A stretch of 63,637 nt of DNA, the filler included, from Squatina squatina (taxonomy: Eukaryota), in assembly GCA_031763465.1 (NCBI GenBank). It is 4 parts of 4 records of this genome, joined end to end, with 100 filler letters (N's around TTAATTAATTAA, not from the genome) between each part and the next. Parts side by side here need not be neighbours in the genome. Positions count along the whole stretch, not along the records: positions 12,565 to 33,044 come from JARFOE010000004.1; positions 33,145 to 46,355 come from JARFOE010936393.1; 2 more parts are not named here. The stretch is one strand, 5' to 3'. Shown piece after piece: positions 25,552-36,689 of this stretch. A model generated the notes under the pieces. The model saw nothing but the letters and a program-made list of their open reading frames with translations, ran no database searches and had not been told where the DNA came from. Position numbers and translations under genes: made by a program. The number at the start of each line of letters is the position of its first letter. Positions within the stretch are counted from its first letter, which is position 1.

Positions 25552-26388
25552 TTACGCTGTTGCCTTTTGCTTCTTCTCCAGCTTGGCTTTGGTTTCGCCT
25601 CGGTGCGACCTGGTAGAACTGGTGATGTCAGACAGCCGGGAATCGGGTTGCAAAGCCCGGCCCGTGCCGTTGCTGAGATGAGGGAGCTGGACGATGGACA
25701 GCTCGACCGATGCGGTCGACTCGCCGGCTGCATTCGCCGCGATGCAGGTGAAGGTGCCATAGTCCTTGGAGGTGGTGATGAGGATGTCCAAGGTGCCATT
25801 GTCATAGATGATGGTCCTCGAGGAATTGGCGAGGATCTTGTCATCGGGGGCCACCCAGTGGATGATGGGCCTTGGGTCACCGATGGCTTTGCATCGTAAG
25901 GTGGCTGTTTGCCCCTCCAATACAACAACTTTGAGGCTGTGCTGGGTGATGAGCGGCTGCTCGCACACAAACTCTTCCTCCGAGACATACCAGAAGTACC
26001 TTCCTTTGAGGTGTGGCGGAGAAGCGCAGGTTTCCATATCATCCTCCCGGCTGAGCCTGCGTAGCCAGAGGAGCTCGCAGTTGCAATGGAGTGGGTTGCC
26101 CCCGATGCTCAGAGTCAATGGCGGGAAGTATGGCGTGGTGGACATGAGCAGCATCTCCGATCTGGCGAAGATGGGGTCGGGAGAAAGCTTCTGCAACCTG
26201 TTGGAGATGAGGTCCAGCCTGGCCAGTTTCTGCAGATCTGTAAAGGTTCCCTCCGGTATGTAATCGATGAGATTGTGATCCAAGCTGAGCGTGTGGAGAT
26301 TGACCATCTTGCTCAGTGCGGCCCACGGCAGGCTCGCCAGATTGTTGTAGGAGAAGTCTAAGTCTTCCAAAGTCACCAGGAAATCGTC
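25552..26388 (-). CDS. LRFN2: LRFN2 (SALM1) large exon, partial: LRRs, LRRCT and Ig domain
   Basis: [70 protein letters not shown] are LRFN2-type. The 5' part lies in a gap; homology stops near 25570, followed by TAA. Confidence 0.9.
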   Translation of the reverse strand, partial: DDFLVTLEDLDFSYNNLASLPWAALSKMVNLHTLSLDHNLIDYIPEGTFTDLQKLARLDLISNRLQKLSPDPIFARSEMLLMSTTPYFPPLTLSIGGNPLHCNCELLWLRRLSREDDMETCASPPHLKGRYFWYVSEEEFVCEQPLITQHSLKVVVLEGQTATLRCKAIGDPRPIIHWVAPDDKILANSSRTIIYDNGTLDILITTSKDYGTFTCIAANAAGESTASVELSIVQLPHLSNGTGRALQPDSRLSDITSSTRSHRGETKAKLEKKQKATA

Positions 26389-26489
26389 ANNNNNNNNNNN
26401 NNNNNNNNNNNNNNNNNNNNNNNNNNNNNNNNNNNNNNNNNNNNNNNNNNNNNNNNNNNNNNNNNNNNNNNNNNNNNNNNNNNNNNNNN

Positions 26490-26568
26490 TTCTCAAGGGC
26501 AATTAGGGATGGGCAATAAATGCTGGCCTTGCCAGCGACGCCCACATCCCAGGAATGAATTAAAAAAT
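26490..26568 (+). mobile_element. HE1 SINE/HER1 LINE-like 3' tail
   Basis: CTCAAGGGCAATTAGGGATGGGCAATAAATGCTGGCCTTGCCAGCGACGCCCACATCCC...GAATGAAT; reverse copies near 27615 and 39820. Confidence 0.65.
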
Positions 26569-27796
26569 GTCTCTAAATTGCATATTCAAATTTGAAATAT
26601 GATATCAAAGTAAGGGAATGTCTATAAATGATCATTGTTCTATGATTACAAATGTAATAGTCTGCTCGATCCACCTCTTAAAACTTAATTGTAGACTTTA
26701 AGACAAAACAACTCTGCAAATGGCCACCTACATGAGGTAATATCTCCAGATAGCTAGTGTACTACAGCACTGTTGGCAGATCACTTCGCTGTTAGATATC
26801 CATCCAGTATTATTTCGGAGAGAACTTTGTTGTAGGAAACAATTCCCATTGCTCTTGTTAAACAGGAAAGCAGAAGTTGATAATAACAGTTGTCACTGGC
26901 GCCTCAGACAACCTTCTATTTTAGTGCTTGGCTTGACAACTGGTAACAAGCCTTCCTGCACAGTTGAAAGTGAAAGTTATCGTCGAACTCTCGTAGCTGC
27001 ACAGAAATAACTCCAAACTCAAAAGTTCATCTCCTTTTCCCGCTTCTCCTTTTGTTTTCCCGACCGCCTTCGACTTCCTTTCCTTATTCCTGAGTCATCC
27101 TGGGCCACTGTTGCACTGGGCAAAGGCAGGTTGCTGGTACCTAAGCCAGTTGTGAACACGGCCCGGATTCCAATAGAACAGACTCAGATACGGGATACAG
27201 CACTTCATTCCAAGGTGCTTCTCCTACGGCCTGTCTCCCAGCCTGGTGCTTTCTCGCTGTAACTAGTCCCCAGTCCCACTGGCTATAATCTGCTAATTAC
27301 ACTTGTTCAGCAATCCCTTTCCTGACCTTTTCTTACATTCCACATCAGTGATCTACAACCTTCTGTCATTACTAAATAACTTTACATCCTGTTATCAAAC
27401 AAATATTCTTATGGAAACTCTGTCCTGTCTCTTTGTCTCCCATATCTTATCCTAGTACCTCGGCTGCCCCAGTACCCTTGTATTCCTCCTTTATATTCCT
27501 CCTTTGTGTTTGACAATTGTACTTCTTCCTTTTACCAGTCCATTGTAGTCTGTCCTCATACTCCTTCCTTGTATCCCTATTTTGTACTCCTCCCTTCTTT
27601 TAAAAAAAAAGATTCCTGGGATATAGGCATCACTGGCATTTGTTATCCATTTATTGCCCTGAGACGGTGGTGGTAGGCTTTCTCCTTGAACCACTGNNNN
27701 NNNNNNNNNNNNNNNNNNNNNNNNNNNNNNNNNNNNNNNNNNNNNNNNNNNNNNNNNNNNNNNNNNNNNNNNNNNNNNNNNNNNNNNNNNNNNNNN

Positions 27797-27920
27797 TTCT
27801 GACGAAGGGTCATCAACCGGAAAGGTTAACTCTCTCTCTCCACAGATGCTGCCTGACCTGCTGAGTTTTTCCAGCATTTTCTGTGTTTACTTCAGATTTC
27901 CAGCATCTGCAGTATTTTGC
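27797..27920 (+). mobile_element. Penelope-like terminal repeat with degenerate hammerhead motif
   Basis: CTGACGA-A-GGGT..ACCG-GAAA-GGTT, then the shared CAGATGCTGCCTGACCTGCTGAGTTTTTCCAGCA. Confidence 0.65.
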
Positions 27921-28786
27921 CCTTATATTAAAAACAATGTCGATTTTTCTGGAAGAGACGTTCTGCCACTTCCTTAGGCACCAATTAACAACTCTTTTAC
28001 ATGACGTGCTTGGCCAGATGTAGCACCGAGCGAGCAATTTGCATTTCTTTGATTGCTTCGGCAGGGCTCGATGCAAAACAGCAACACTGAGTCACCACAC
28101 TGAATATAGCCAACGTCTACATTGGTGCACTGTTGCTAGAACTAACACTTTAACAACAAAAATCAAGCTGTAAGACTGTGACACCACCTACCTGGCACCA
28201 CCAACCAGCGTCTTTCTGGTTGATGTTAACTCATGAGCTATTACAATGCAGGTTTAATGCACCGAGGGGCAACTTGTAAATAGATATTCAGTGAAGTGCA
28301 ACTGGCTTTGTCAGCAAATGTGATTGATGACTCTGTGAGGTCGTGTCATCACCGATGGCATTGCTCCGTATCCCTGGTCAGAGGCCCAGTGAAGCACCGT
28401 ATCGGTGACTATGCTTTAAAAGCTCCATCCTCCTCCTGCATCCTCACAGCTAAAATCAAGACTAATTAGTCTCCTCAATTTCATTCTTTCCCAGAATATC
28501 AAGACTTTCTTCAGTCTTGCCTTCCCTCTGCAATCTTCAGGCGTTTGAAATGCAAGGTGGCATCACCCAATCACGACATCCTGATCTCCTTTCTCTTCTC
28601 CACTTTTTTTTGCCCTTGGTGTATAAAAAACACACAAGCACCGACACGATAACATTCAGGAAGGCTTTCATTCTTTACCCCGATTGTCAAAATAGGGCTA
28701 TATTTACCTGCAGGAATTAAGATTGTTCTTAAATCTAAAGAGCTATCAATATATCCCCAACTGACATAAACACCCTCTAATATAAA

Positions 28787-28950
28787 GGGAGTGAATTTTG
28801 TGGCAGTTCTCCCGCTCATCCATCTTAACTTCAGCAGAAGAGCTACGAAGACCCCAGAATAATGGGGTAAATGCTATTTTCCTGGGGTTTCTCTGCTCTT
28901 CTGCTAAAGTTACAGCAGATGAATGGGAAATTCCTGTGGAAATCTACCCC
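28787..28950. mobile_element. Short palindromic (hairpin) MITE
   Basis: TAACTTCAGCAGAAGAGC (28826-28843) is inverted against 28895-28912 with one mismatch; inner ACCCCAG/CTGGGGT pair. Confidence 0.7.
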
Positions 28951-31900
28951 AAAGTTTATTACAATGTTCAACTTTATGGGTGCAATCATCAACCTGAATA
29001 TCTATCCAATCAAGTGATATTGAATGTAGGGTATTGTCACACAACATCTAAAAACTGGATTCTCTCAGCGAGTAAAATCACATCATGAATACCAGCCAAT
29101 CGTTTTACAAGATTGACAGTGCCAGTACCCATCTTGCTAATAAGTACAGAGCTACAATTGAAACAGACAAGTTTTCATCTGTACCATCATACAACAATTG
29201 CATTTTATTAAATTTAGACTGTCTAAGCTGTCAGGATTCCTTAGGCATGAGACTTCTCTGTTCAGCCCTGGTAAGATTGAACTTTAGAAGGAAGAAAAAT
29301 GATGATAAACTGAGCAGAAAATAACTGCGTGATTTATAATACATTTATTTGATATTTGCCGGCTAACATACTTTTGTATACATTATTATGCTATTAAAAA
29401 GTTCACATCATTTTATTTTTAGTTGAGGGGCATACTCAAGATGTGATTAGTCTGTGCAAATCGTTAGTTCCAAAAACTTAACATCCACTTCCANNNNNNN
29501 NNNNNNNNNNNNNNNNNNNNNNNNNNNNNNNNNNNNNNNNNNNNNNNNNNNNNNNNNNNNNNNNNNNNNNNNNNNNNNNNNNNNNNNNNNNNNGCTCGTT
29601 TGTGACTTTATCGTGTCATTAGTGCAATGAAACTGATTGAGTTTCTGTTCTTTGTTAGTTTCAGTGAGCAAACAGAAATGATTTGGAAATTACACTAGGC
29701 CTCATATTCACGCGTGGTTACCATCCTGAAGCATTAGAGAACATTGCTACTCTTGAATAATTCCTAATATCCCTATTTTCAACTTTTTCTGTTACAGAAT
29801 AGCGGCATAAATTTAGCACTGAAAGCTTGAAGGGAGAGGTTAGAAGAAATTGCTTCAGATTATTAAAATATGGAATATATTACTGTGACTATTGAAGCTG
29901 AGTAAATTGCTGCATTTAAGATTGAATTGGATAAACATCTGAAGAGAAGAGTCATTAACGGATTCAGGGAAAGGGCAACGATTAGAGTTGACAGCTCCGA
30001 TGTGGAGCTGGCACAGGTAAAGGCATGATGGGCTGAATGACTCAAAGAAAAGGAGGATTGGGGACTTAATATTCCTGCTGACAAAGAATTCAGGAAAGAT
30101 AGAGAAGGGAAAATGACATAATGTCTCCAACATTAACTTTGACCTGTGCTGGGTCCTAAGCACACTAGATAGACCTAGCAGGCTGACAGTGACGATGTNN
30201 NNNNNNNNCAGCAATAGATGTGAAAAGTTTTTTTTAAGTGTGTAGGGAGTTCTGCTGGATGCTTGCAAGGGCTTGGAGGTAAATGAAGGCCTTTGAGAAG
30301 ACAGAACATGCTGCGAGTACTCACAGGGAAGGGAAAAAAGGAGGTAGGCGTGGCAGCACTGATCAAATATATTATAACAGCACTGGAAAGGGATGATGTA
30401 CTTGAGGGTTCAAAGACAGAATCTGTTTTAATATAATTAAGGAACAATAGAGGAGCTATTACACTGCTGGGTTTATACAGAGTGGTGAANNNNNNNNNNN
30501 NNNNNNNNNNNNNNNNNNNNNNNNNNNNNNNNNNNNNNNNNNNNNNNNNNNNNNNNNNNNNNNNNNNNNNNNNNNNNNNNNNNNNNNNNGCAGCCGAGCA
30601 GGGCGCTCATGCTAACGCCGCCGTAAAACCTGGGCCCAATTTAGCGGGAGACACAATTCTCACCGCGACGGAGCGAAAACTCATTTGCACCCCATTACAG
30701 CCTTCCCGGGGGTGGGGGTGCTAATGGAAGGTGCAAAGTGCTCCAATTTCGCCCCCTTGGACTCTATGATAAGATGGCACAGGATAAGGGTTGTGAAGGA
30801 CAAGTTTCAGACAGAAAATAAGAAGTGTTTCTTTAGACAGAAGGTGACCAACAGCGGGATGGCGTTACTAGGAAGGGTGGCTGAGTCCAGGACACTACGC
30901 TCATCTCAGAACCAGCTAGATGCTGTCACGAGAAGATGGTAAGATTGGTATTCTGGAAGCATGAGATCAAATGGGCCGAAGGGCCTTCTTCAGATGAGCC
31001 TGCCTTGTGATTAATGTTTGCTGCTGCTTTCACATTGAGATACCTAAATGAAGGGCTAAGGCGCACAGTGCAGGACACCACCAATGCTAAAATGAGGAAG
31101 AGATCGGCTATGAACGAATGATTTGCTTTTATCTACGTACCTTTTACGATGTCCCAAAGCATTTTACAGCCAACAATGTACTTTACAAAATGTAAGGACA
31201 TAATAACCAGATAATCTGTTTTAGTGAGACGTTGGTTGAGGAGTAATTATTGGCCAGTTACACCAAAGCAGTGGTCAGGCAATGCAAGCTTGGGTTTAAT
31301 TTGTGGGAGATTAGTAATCGTTAGGCCTCACTGGGAGCAGTGGCTGATAATTGAAGATGTTTATTTCTGCTGGTTATGAAAGGTATGAAGAGGATCGATC
31401 AGCATAATTACCCGAGAGAGTGGGTTTAATATGCATTAGTTGCACATTTAAGGGATTTATTTGCAATCAGCAAAGTGCAGTTTAACAGCCTGCCGGCTAA
31501 AATATGCGCTCAATCAAACAACTTGGAGTGCACACAAATATCACCACAAATAATAAAGGCTGTAATAAATGAAGTGAGCCGAATGAAACTCAGTTAAGTG
31601 AAGGCTCTTCCTGCTCTGGATTTCCACACTGATTTACCAGTTGAGCCTTTGAGAATGTCCTGTTTTATTGTCTATCCACTTTTCAAAGATTCAGTGATTC
31701 AATTAAACTTTGAACAAACATGTTTGAAGATGAAATAGAAGGTAATAGTTAATAGACTTAATCCTGGCAATGGTGCAAGTTAGGGCGTGGTAAAAATTGC
31801 ATTCTTTGAATTATATCTCTGAATTGGCTAATCACAGGCAAAACTTATACAAACTAGGGACGTTTTATTTTCTTACCATTTTTTCTGAGAAGTCTGGGTG

Positions 31901-32331
31901 AAGAGTGAAGGTCAGTGCAAAAAAGGAGGCTCCCCTGATGGTCCAGCATGTTTACACATTGAGCAGCTGAGCAGCAATACCAGGGTGGTCCCAGCTTTGG
32001 TTCCCTGCCTGTGCTGAGTTAGCTGAGCTCAGCAAGGGTGGTGGGGAGACATTAGAATTAGCCTCAGCATCCCTGGGCTATGGAGGGTAAATCAGACAGA
32101 GTTGAAGACCTGGAAACTCTGAAGTGGTTTCCAGATTTTCTGCTGCAACCTTGGCAGGAGATAGGGAAAACCCTGGAGAAATACGTCTTACACCGTTTCC
32201 AATGACCTCCGACTGAAATTACAGCGGAAGATCGGGAAAACTCCTGCTGAATTTCAAGGCCATTGGGCGCAATCACTATCCTACAACCCCTGTTGTAAAC
32301 ACATGTAGAGATGCTGGTGAGGAAGGATGCT

Positions 32332-32368
32332 GGTTCTGACGAAGGGTGATCGACCCGAAACGTTAACT
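32332..32368 (+). ncRNA. Minimal type I hammerhead ribozyme motif in a Penelope-like terminus (repeat extends to 32421)
   Basis: GGTT-CTGACGA-A-GGGT(gatcg)ACCC-GAAA-CGT-T-AACT: both core boxes, a 4-bp stem II, palindromic ACGT stem III and a short stem I. Confidence 0.7.
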
Positions 32369-33044
32369 CTGTTTTTCTCTCTACAGATGCTGCCTGACCT
32401 GCTGAGTTTTTCCAGCATTTTNNNNNNNNNNNNNNNNNNNNNNNNNNNNNNNNNNNNNNNNNNNNNNNNNNNNNNNNNNNNNNNNNNNNNNNNNNNNNNN
32501 NNNNNNNNNNNNNNNNNNNNNATCCCAAGCAACTAACTCAAACTGAGCAAATGAAAGTAAGACGCACACGATTGCAAGTGAATGAACACGTTACAAAACT
32601 GATTAAGTAATTAAAAGGAGTATCTGAAAGGTCAAAATAAATGCAGGCACATGGAGTAATTACAATAATCATCATATTTATTGGCTTAATTGCTGCAATC
32701 AGGGATCAGTTTATGACATGATGACTGTTGGGTGACTTACGTTTAATCTAAAAATATTTTGGCTGCCTTATTTTGGAGCTTGCTGTTAGTCGGTAGATGG
32801 TGTTGTTGAAAGGTGTTACATTAACCAGACTCCATTTTATGTAGAAAGATGTGGTTATAATGGTGTTGGACATAAAGCATGTGATAAGGGTTATAAAGTG
32901 AGGGTTGTACAGGAAGAAAGGATTGCACGTATAAAGAAGTTACGTGGGAGGGAGGTTGAACGTTTGTCGCCATCGCGTGGGGGCAGTTATCTGGACCACC
33001 TGCTTCTTATAGAACCCACTCGGTTTAGACACTGGCCAGGTGCT

Positions 33045-33144
33045 NNNNNNNNNNNNNNNNNNNNNNNNNNNNNNNNNNNNNNNNNNNNTTAATTAATTAA
33101 NNNNNNNNNNNNNNNNNNNNNNNNNNNNNNNNNNNNNNNNNNNN
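33045..33144. other. Artificial scaffold linker
   Basis: N44-TTAATTAATTAA-N44. Confidence 0.95.
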
Positions 33145-33248
33145 TTACATAACTGTGCAACAGAGGGAATAAGAAAAGCTGTTACTTTGTCAGACACAAC
33201 GCACGAGAAGCCATGCAGTTAAAATATTTTGCACGATTCACCACTTAC

Positions 33249-33318
33249 CAGGGACACCAAAAGCTGCGAGAATAGGGGAGTAAATTGCACTTATCTGATG
33301 AAGTATCGGGACCCCCAT
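33249..33318 (-). CDS. First coding exon of a GPR139/GPR142-like orphan GPCR
   Basis: ATG, then MGVPILHQISAIYSPILAAFGVP and G|GTAAGT. A phase-1 intron after GxP in TM1 matches the GPR139 GLP|ANIL junction; in-frame stop upstream. Exon 2 lies beyond the scaffold end. Confidence 0.65.
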
Positions 33319-33402
33319 TTTCTGTGAGAAGCGATGAATTCACTTTTGATGGCCACACCAGGCCCGGTGTAAAATGTGAAGAGATAAATTCAAAGCAACC
33401 CT

Positions 33403-33410
33403 TATTTATA
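33403..33410 (-). promoter_or_regulatory. TATA box for the GPR139-like gene
   Basis: TATAAATA on the minus strand about 85 nt upstream of the ATG. Confidence 0.5.
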
Positions 33411-34389
33411 CAGCAGGGAGGTCTCCAGACTACCGTTCTGTCCCCTGGCAAAATATATTAATTAACGTCAGTTGAACAAACAGATTACGTCAGCTGCTTT
33501 GTTCCCAGGTAAGTGCTGTTAAGGGAATACACGTTTCAAATTGCCACGTCAAAGACTGAAATAATATATTTCATCAAACTGATAACAAAGAGGCTGAATG
33601 ATAGACTTCAACAGATAAATTTTGCAGACATTTTGCCCGGCTGGGAAAGCTCTGAGTTGAGAAAGGTATTGCTGCTGAAATAACTCAATAATAAAAACCT
33701 GGAACAATTTAATGATGATTGGTCAAATTTAACGATATTGTCAAATTATGAAGGGTGCAGAAGGCCGGGAACACAACTCAGAAACAAGACACTGTATTCA
33801 GCAAAATATTCAAGCGCATACAATTGAGATCAAGTAATTTAACGTGAGCTGTTATATAAAGCAGCTCATATTGAGGGAAATGGGATTTCCATGCATTCTT
33901 TGAATTGTGCATATATACTAAGCTTGTTGTAGAAAGGGCCCTGAGAATCAAAGAAGAGTAGACACTGAACAACGCCACCTAGATCAAAACAGCATTGAAC
34001 ATCATCAATAAAATATTCATTTACAATTCCAAAGCAACAGAGGACAAGCCATAGGAAGTCATTGTGCAATTTTGTGGTTGGGCTCAATCCAAAGTTTCAG
34101 AATTCTTTCTATCTTTGGCCGGCAGTAAACAAGGAAGACATTAAGTGCTGGACTCAGTGCAGGGAACGGCCACGAGGCTGACCGCCAATGTAATACCTCT
34201 GGTTTATGGCGAAATACTGGAGGAAATTGGACATTTTAGTCTCTAAAAGAGTCGATTGGGCTGATTTATTTCACATTATTTTACCAGATGCTACAGTACT
34301 GCTACTACCGAACCAGTCTTGGTAATGGATATTGAAGCCCCATAACCGGAGCAGATTCTGTAACCTTGCTGCATTCAGTGCTACTTCTT

Positions 34390-34560
34390 AGAGTTATTCA
34401 GCTTGGAGTAATACAGATTCATCAGCTGAGGGAGGGCGGCAGGTCCTTCTCAGCAGGAGGTTTCCTTCTCCATTTTTGACCTGAGGCCATGAACATTTGA
34501 AAGGTCTGTTGTCAACTTTGAGATCTTCCAGTGTCATTCCCTCCCGACTGTGCCACCACC
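34390..34560 (-). mobile_element. HER1-like LINE endonuclease fragment
   Basis: SWPQVKNGEGNLLLRRTCRPPSADESVLL (YRPP-type motif). Confidence 0.65.
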
Positions 34561-34939
34561 TCTGTTGGGCCGATCCTACTGGTGGGACAGGACTGCAAAT
34601 ATACCTGGAATATGATGGAGGATGCTGGGACTTTGGCTGAATTCTATGATTCAATGAGTATGAAAATGTCAGACTGTTGAGTGACAGGGCTATGGAACAG
34701 TTATCACTTGTGAGGAGATCTTTCCCGGCCGACTGGTCAGGCTGTGAATTTTTCGTATCCCAATCCAATGTCTACCTTGATGCTGAGTTCTCCTCCCGCT
34801 TTTACTCTTGTTAAAGTTTGTCCTCCCGGTTCGGTACAACTGTGTGGCTTGCTGAGCCATTTCAGACGTGTGTTAACCATCGACCACGAAGCTGTGTGTC
34901 TGCAGTCACATACAGACCAACCAGGGTGAGAACAACACG

Positions 34940-35900
34940 TTTCATACTCTAAACGTACTAGTTATCCTGATAATTGTGCAAGCACCTACAAGACGAAATA
35001 GATGATCTCGCTCACGTCTATCAAAGCATTTATTCATTCTCAACGCCTCAATCTGCTCAACTTTATTAAATGGATAACAAGCCCAGTCGATGCAAATTCC
35101 CTCGTAATGCAACAATTCTAGCCTGGTCTGTGCTGCCCCCACTCCAATGCAGTATACACTTTTTGACGTCTGCAGCAGGTAAGGAAGCTGGTACACCAGA
35201 TCATATATAACCAGTGCGCTGTGCAGTTGTCACCTGAATTGTAACAATGTCCCAGGTCTTAGATACCTAATAGGTTATTAGTCTTTTTAACGAATTTGTA
35301 CTTTTTCAGCTTGCTTTGCATAATTTCTGTCCTTGGAGTCAAAAATACCCAGCTCATCTACACCGCCTAACGTTTTGTCATTTGTAATATAATTTGATTT
35401 AACTTTCATAATTGCAAAATGTTTGACGTCACACTTTCTCTCTTTGAACTGCACCTTCCACACCTTTCCCAACTCACTCAATCTGTCAATGTTTCGGGGA
35501 AACTTTTTGCAGCCGTTTGCATTATGTAAGGTGCCAGCTGACTTACTATCATCAGGAAACATAAATATCTGGCTCTTTATTCCCGCATCCAATTCTTCTA
35601 TAAATACAATGAAAAGTTGCAGCCCAGTAGAGATACCTGGGACACACCATTAGTCATATCCTGCCAATTAGTTGCCGGTCAATTCACCGGATTCTCTGTC
35701 TCTTAACTCCTTACTCATATCCTGCCAGTGAAATTACATGCCCATTATCCCTACTCTCTATCTCTTAACCTCCAAACACATTTCCTCGCTAAGCCAATAT
35801 GTGCCCTTCAACTACGGGTGATCTTATTCATGTTAACTGCCAGTTGGACCCCTGTCGAATATATTGCGGTAGTCCATATAAATAACATCCGTAGAAAGGC
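34940..35900 (-). mobile_element. Old CR1-type LINE RT/C-terminal fragment
   Basis: Reverse IFMFPDDSK (FADDTK-like) and WKVQFKERKCDVKHF. Confidence 0.65.
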
Positions 35901-35984
35901 CCCGTCCCCGAGTGTAAATATACAAACCTGCACAAACCATGAACACCATAATTAAAGGAATTGTAAAATACCCCAAACTATAAT

Positions 35985-36605
35985 GTCGGGACTGAAACCC
36001 TTGCACTGTATTTTATGCTCAGCCCTGCACTGTAAGGACACGGAAAAATACAAACCCCAGCTCTGCACTGTCAGCACAGAGACATGAACAACCTCCGCAA
36101 TGAGTGTAAGAACACCGGCAGTTATTAACCTGACACTTTGCTGTAAGGACATAGACAGGTACAACACCAACCCAGCACCGCAGAGACACCAACGTGTTCA
36201 ACTCCCGCACAGTACTGTAAGCACAGAGGGCTTTACAACACCCAGTTCTGCAGTGTACAGTATGCAGCCCTGTACAAACACTAGCACAGCACTTTAATGA
36301 GAGAGATATGCACAGCCCAACGCAATTTATTGTGTGGCATCAGACATCTATAACACCCAGCCTTGTAATTAGGACACAAACTGGCAAATACACAAGCTGT
36401 GATCTGTAATGATAGAGACGGGCCGAAAACACCCAGCAGAGAATTGGAAGGACACAGACATCTACAAGCATCCAGCTCTGTAAAGACAGACATTAACAAT
36501 CACAGCACTCGACTGCAGAAGGACAAACACATTTATAACATGCCTCCCTATATTCAAAGGACAGAGACCAATACGATTATAGTCCAGTACTGTAAGTACA
36601 CACAT
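35985..36605 (+). repeat. Degenerate ~39-bp satellite
   Basis: Recurrent CTGCACTGTAAGGACACAGA...ACACCCAG motif related to 39250-39525. Confidence 0.65.
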
Positions 36606-36689
36606 CCTTAATTGGATTCCTTCTGGGGATGTGTATATTGCTGCCAACCATAGCATATATTTACAATCGAGAATTTCCAGTAGCAAGGT

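Noticed and set aside
25507-26361. Plus-strand ORFs overlapping LRFN2
   Set aside because: Antisense shadows of a GC3-rich coding exon.
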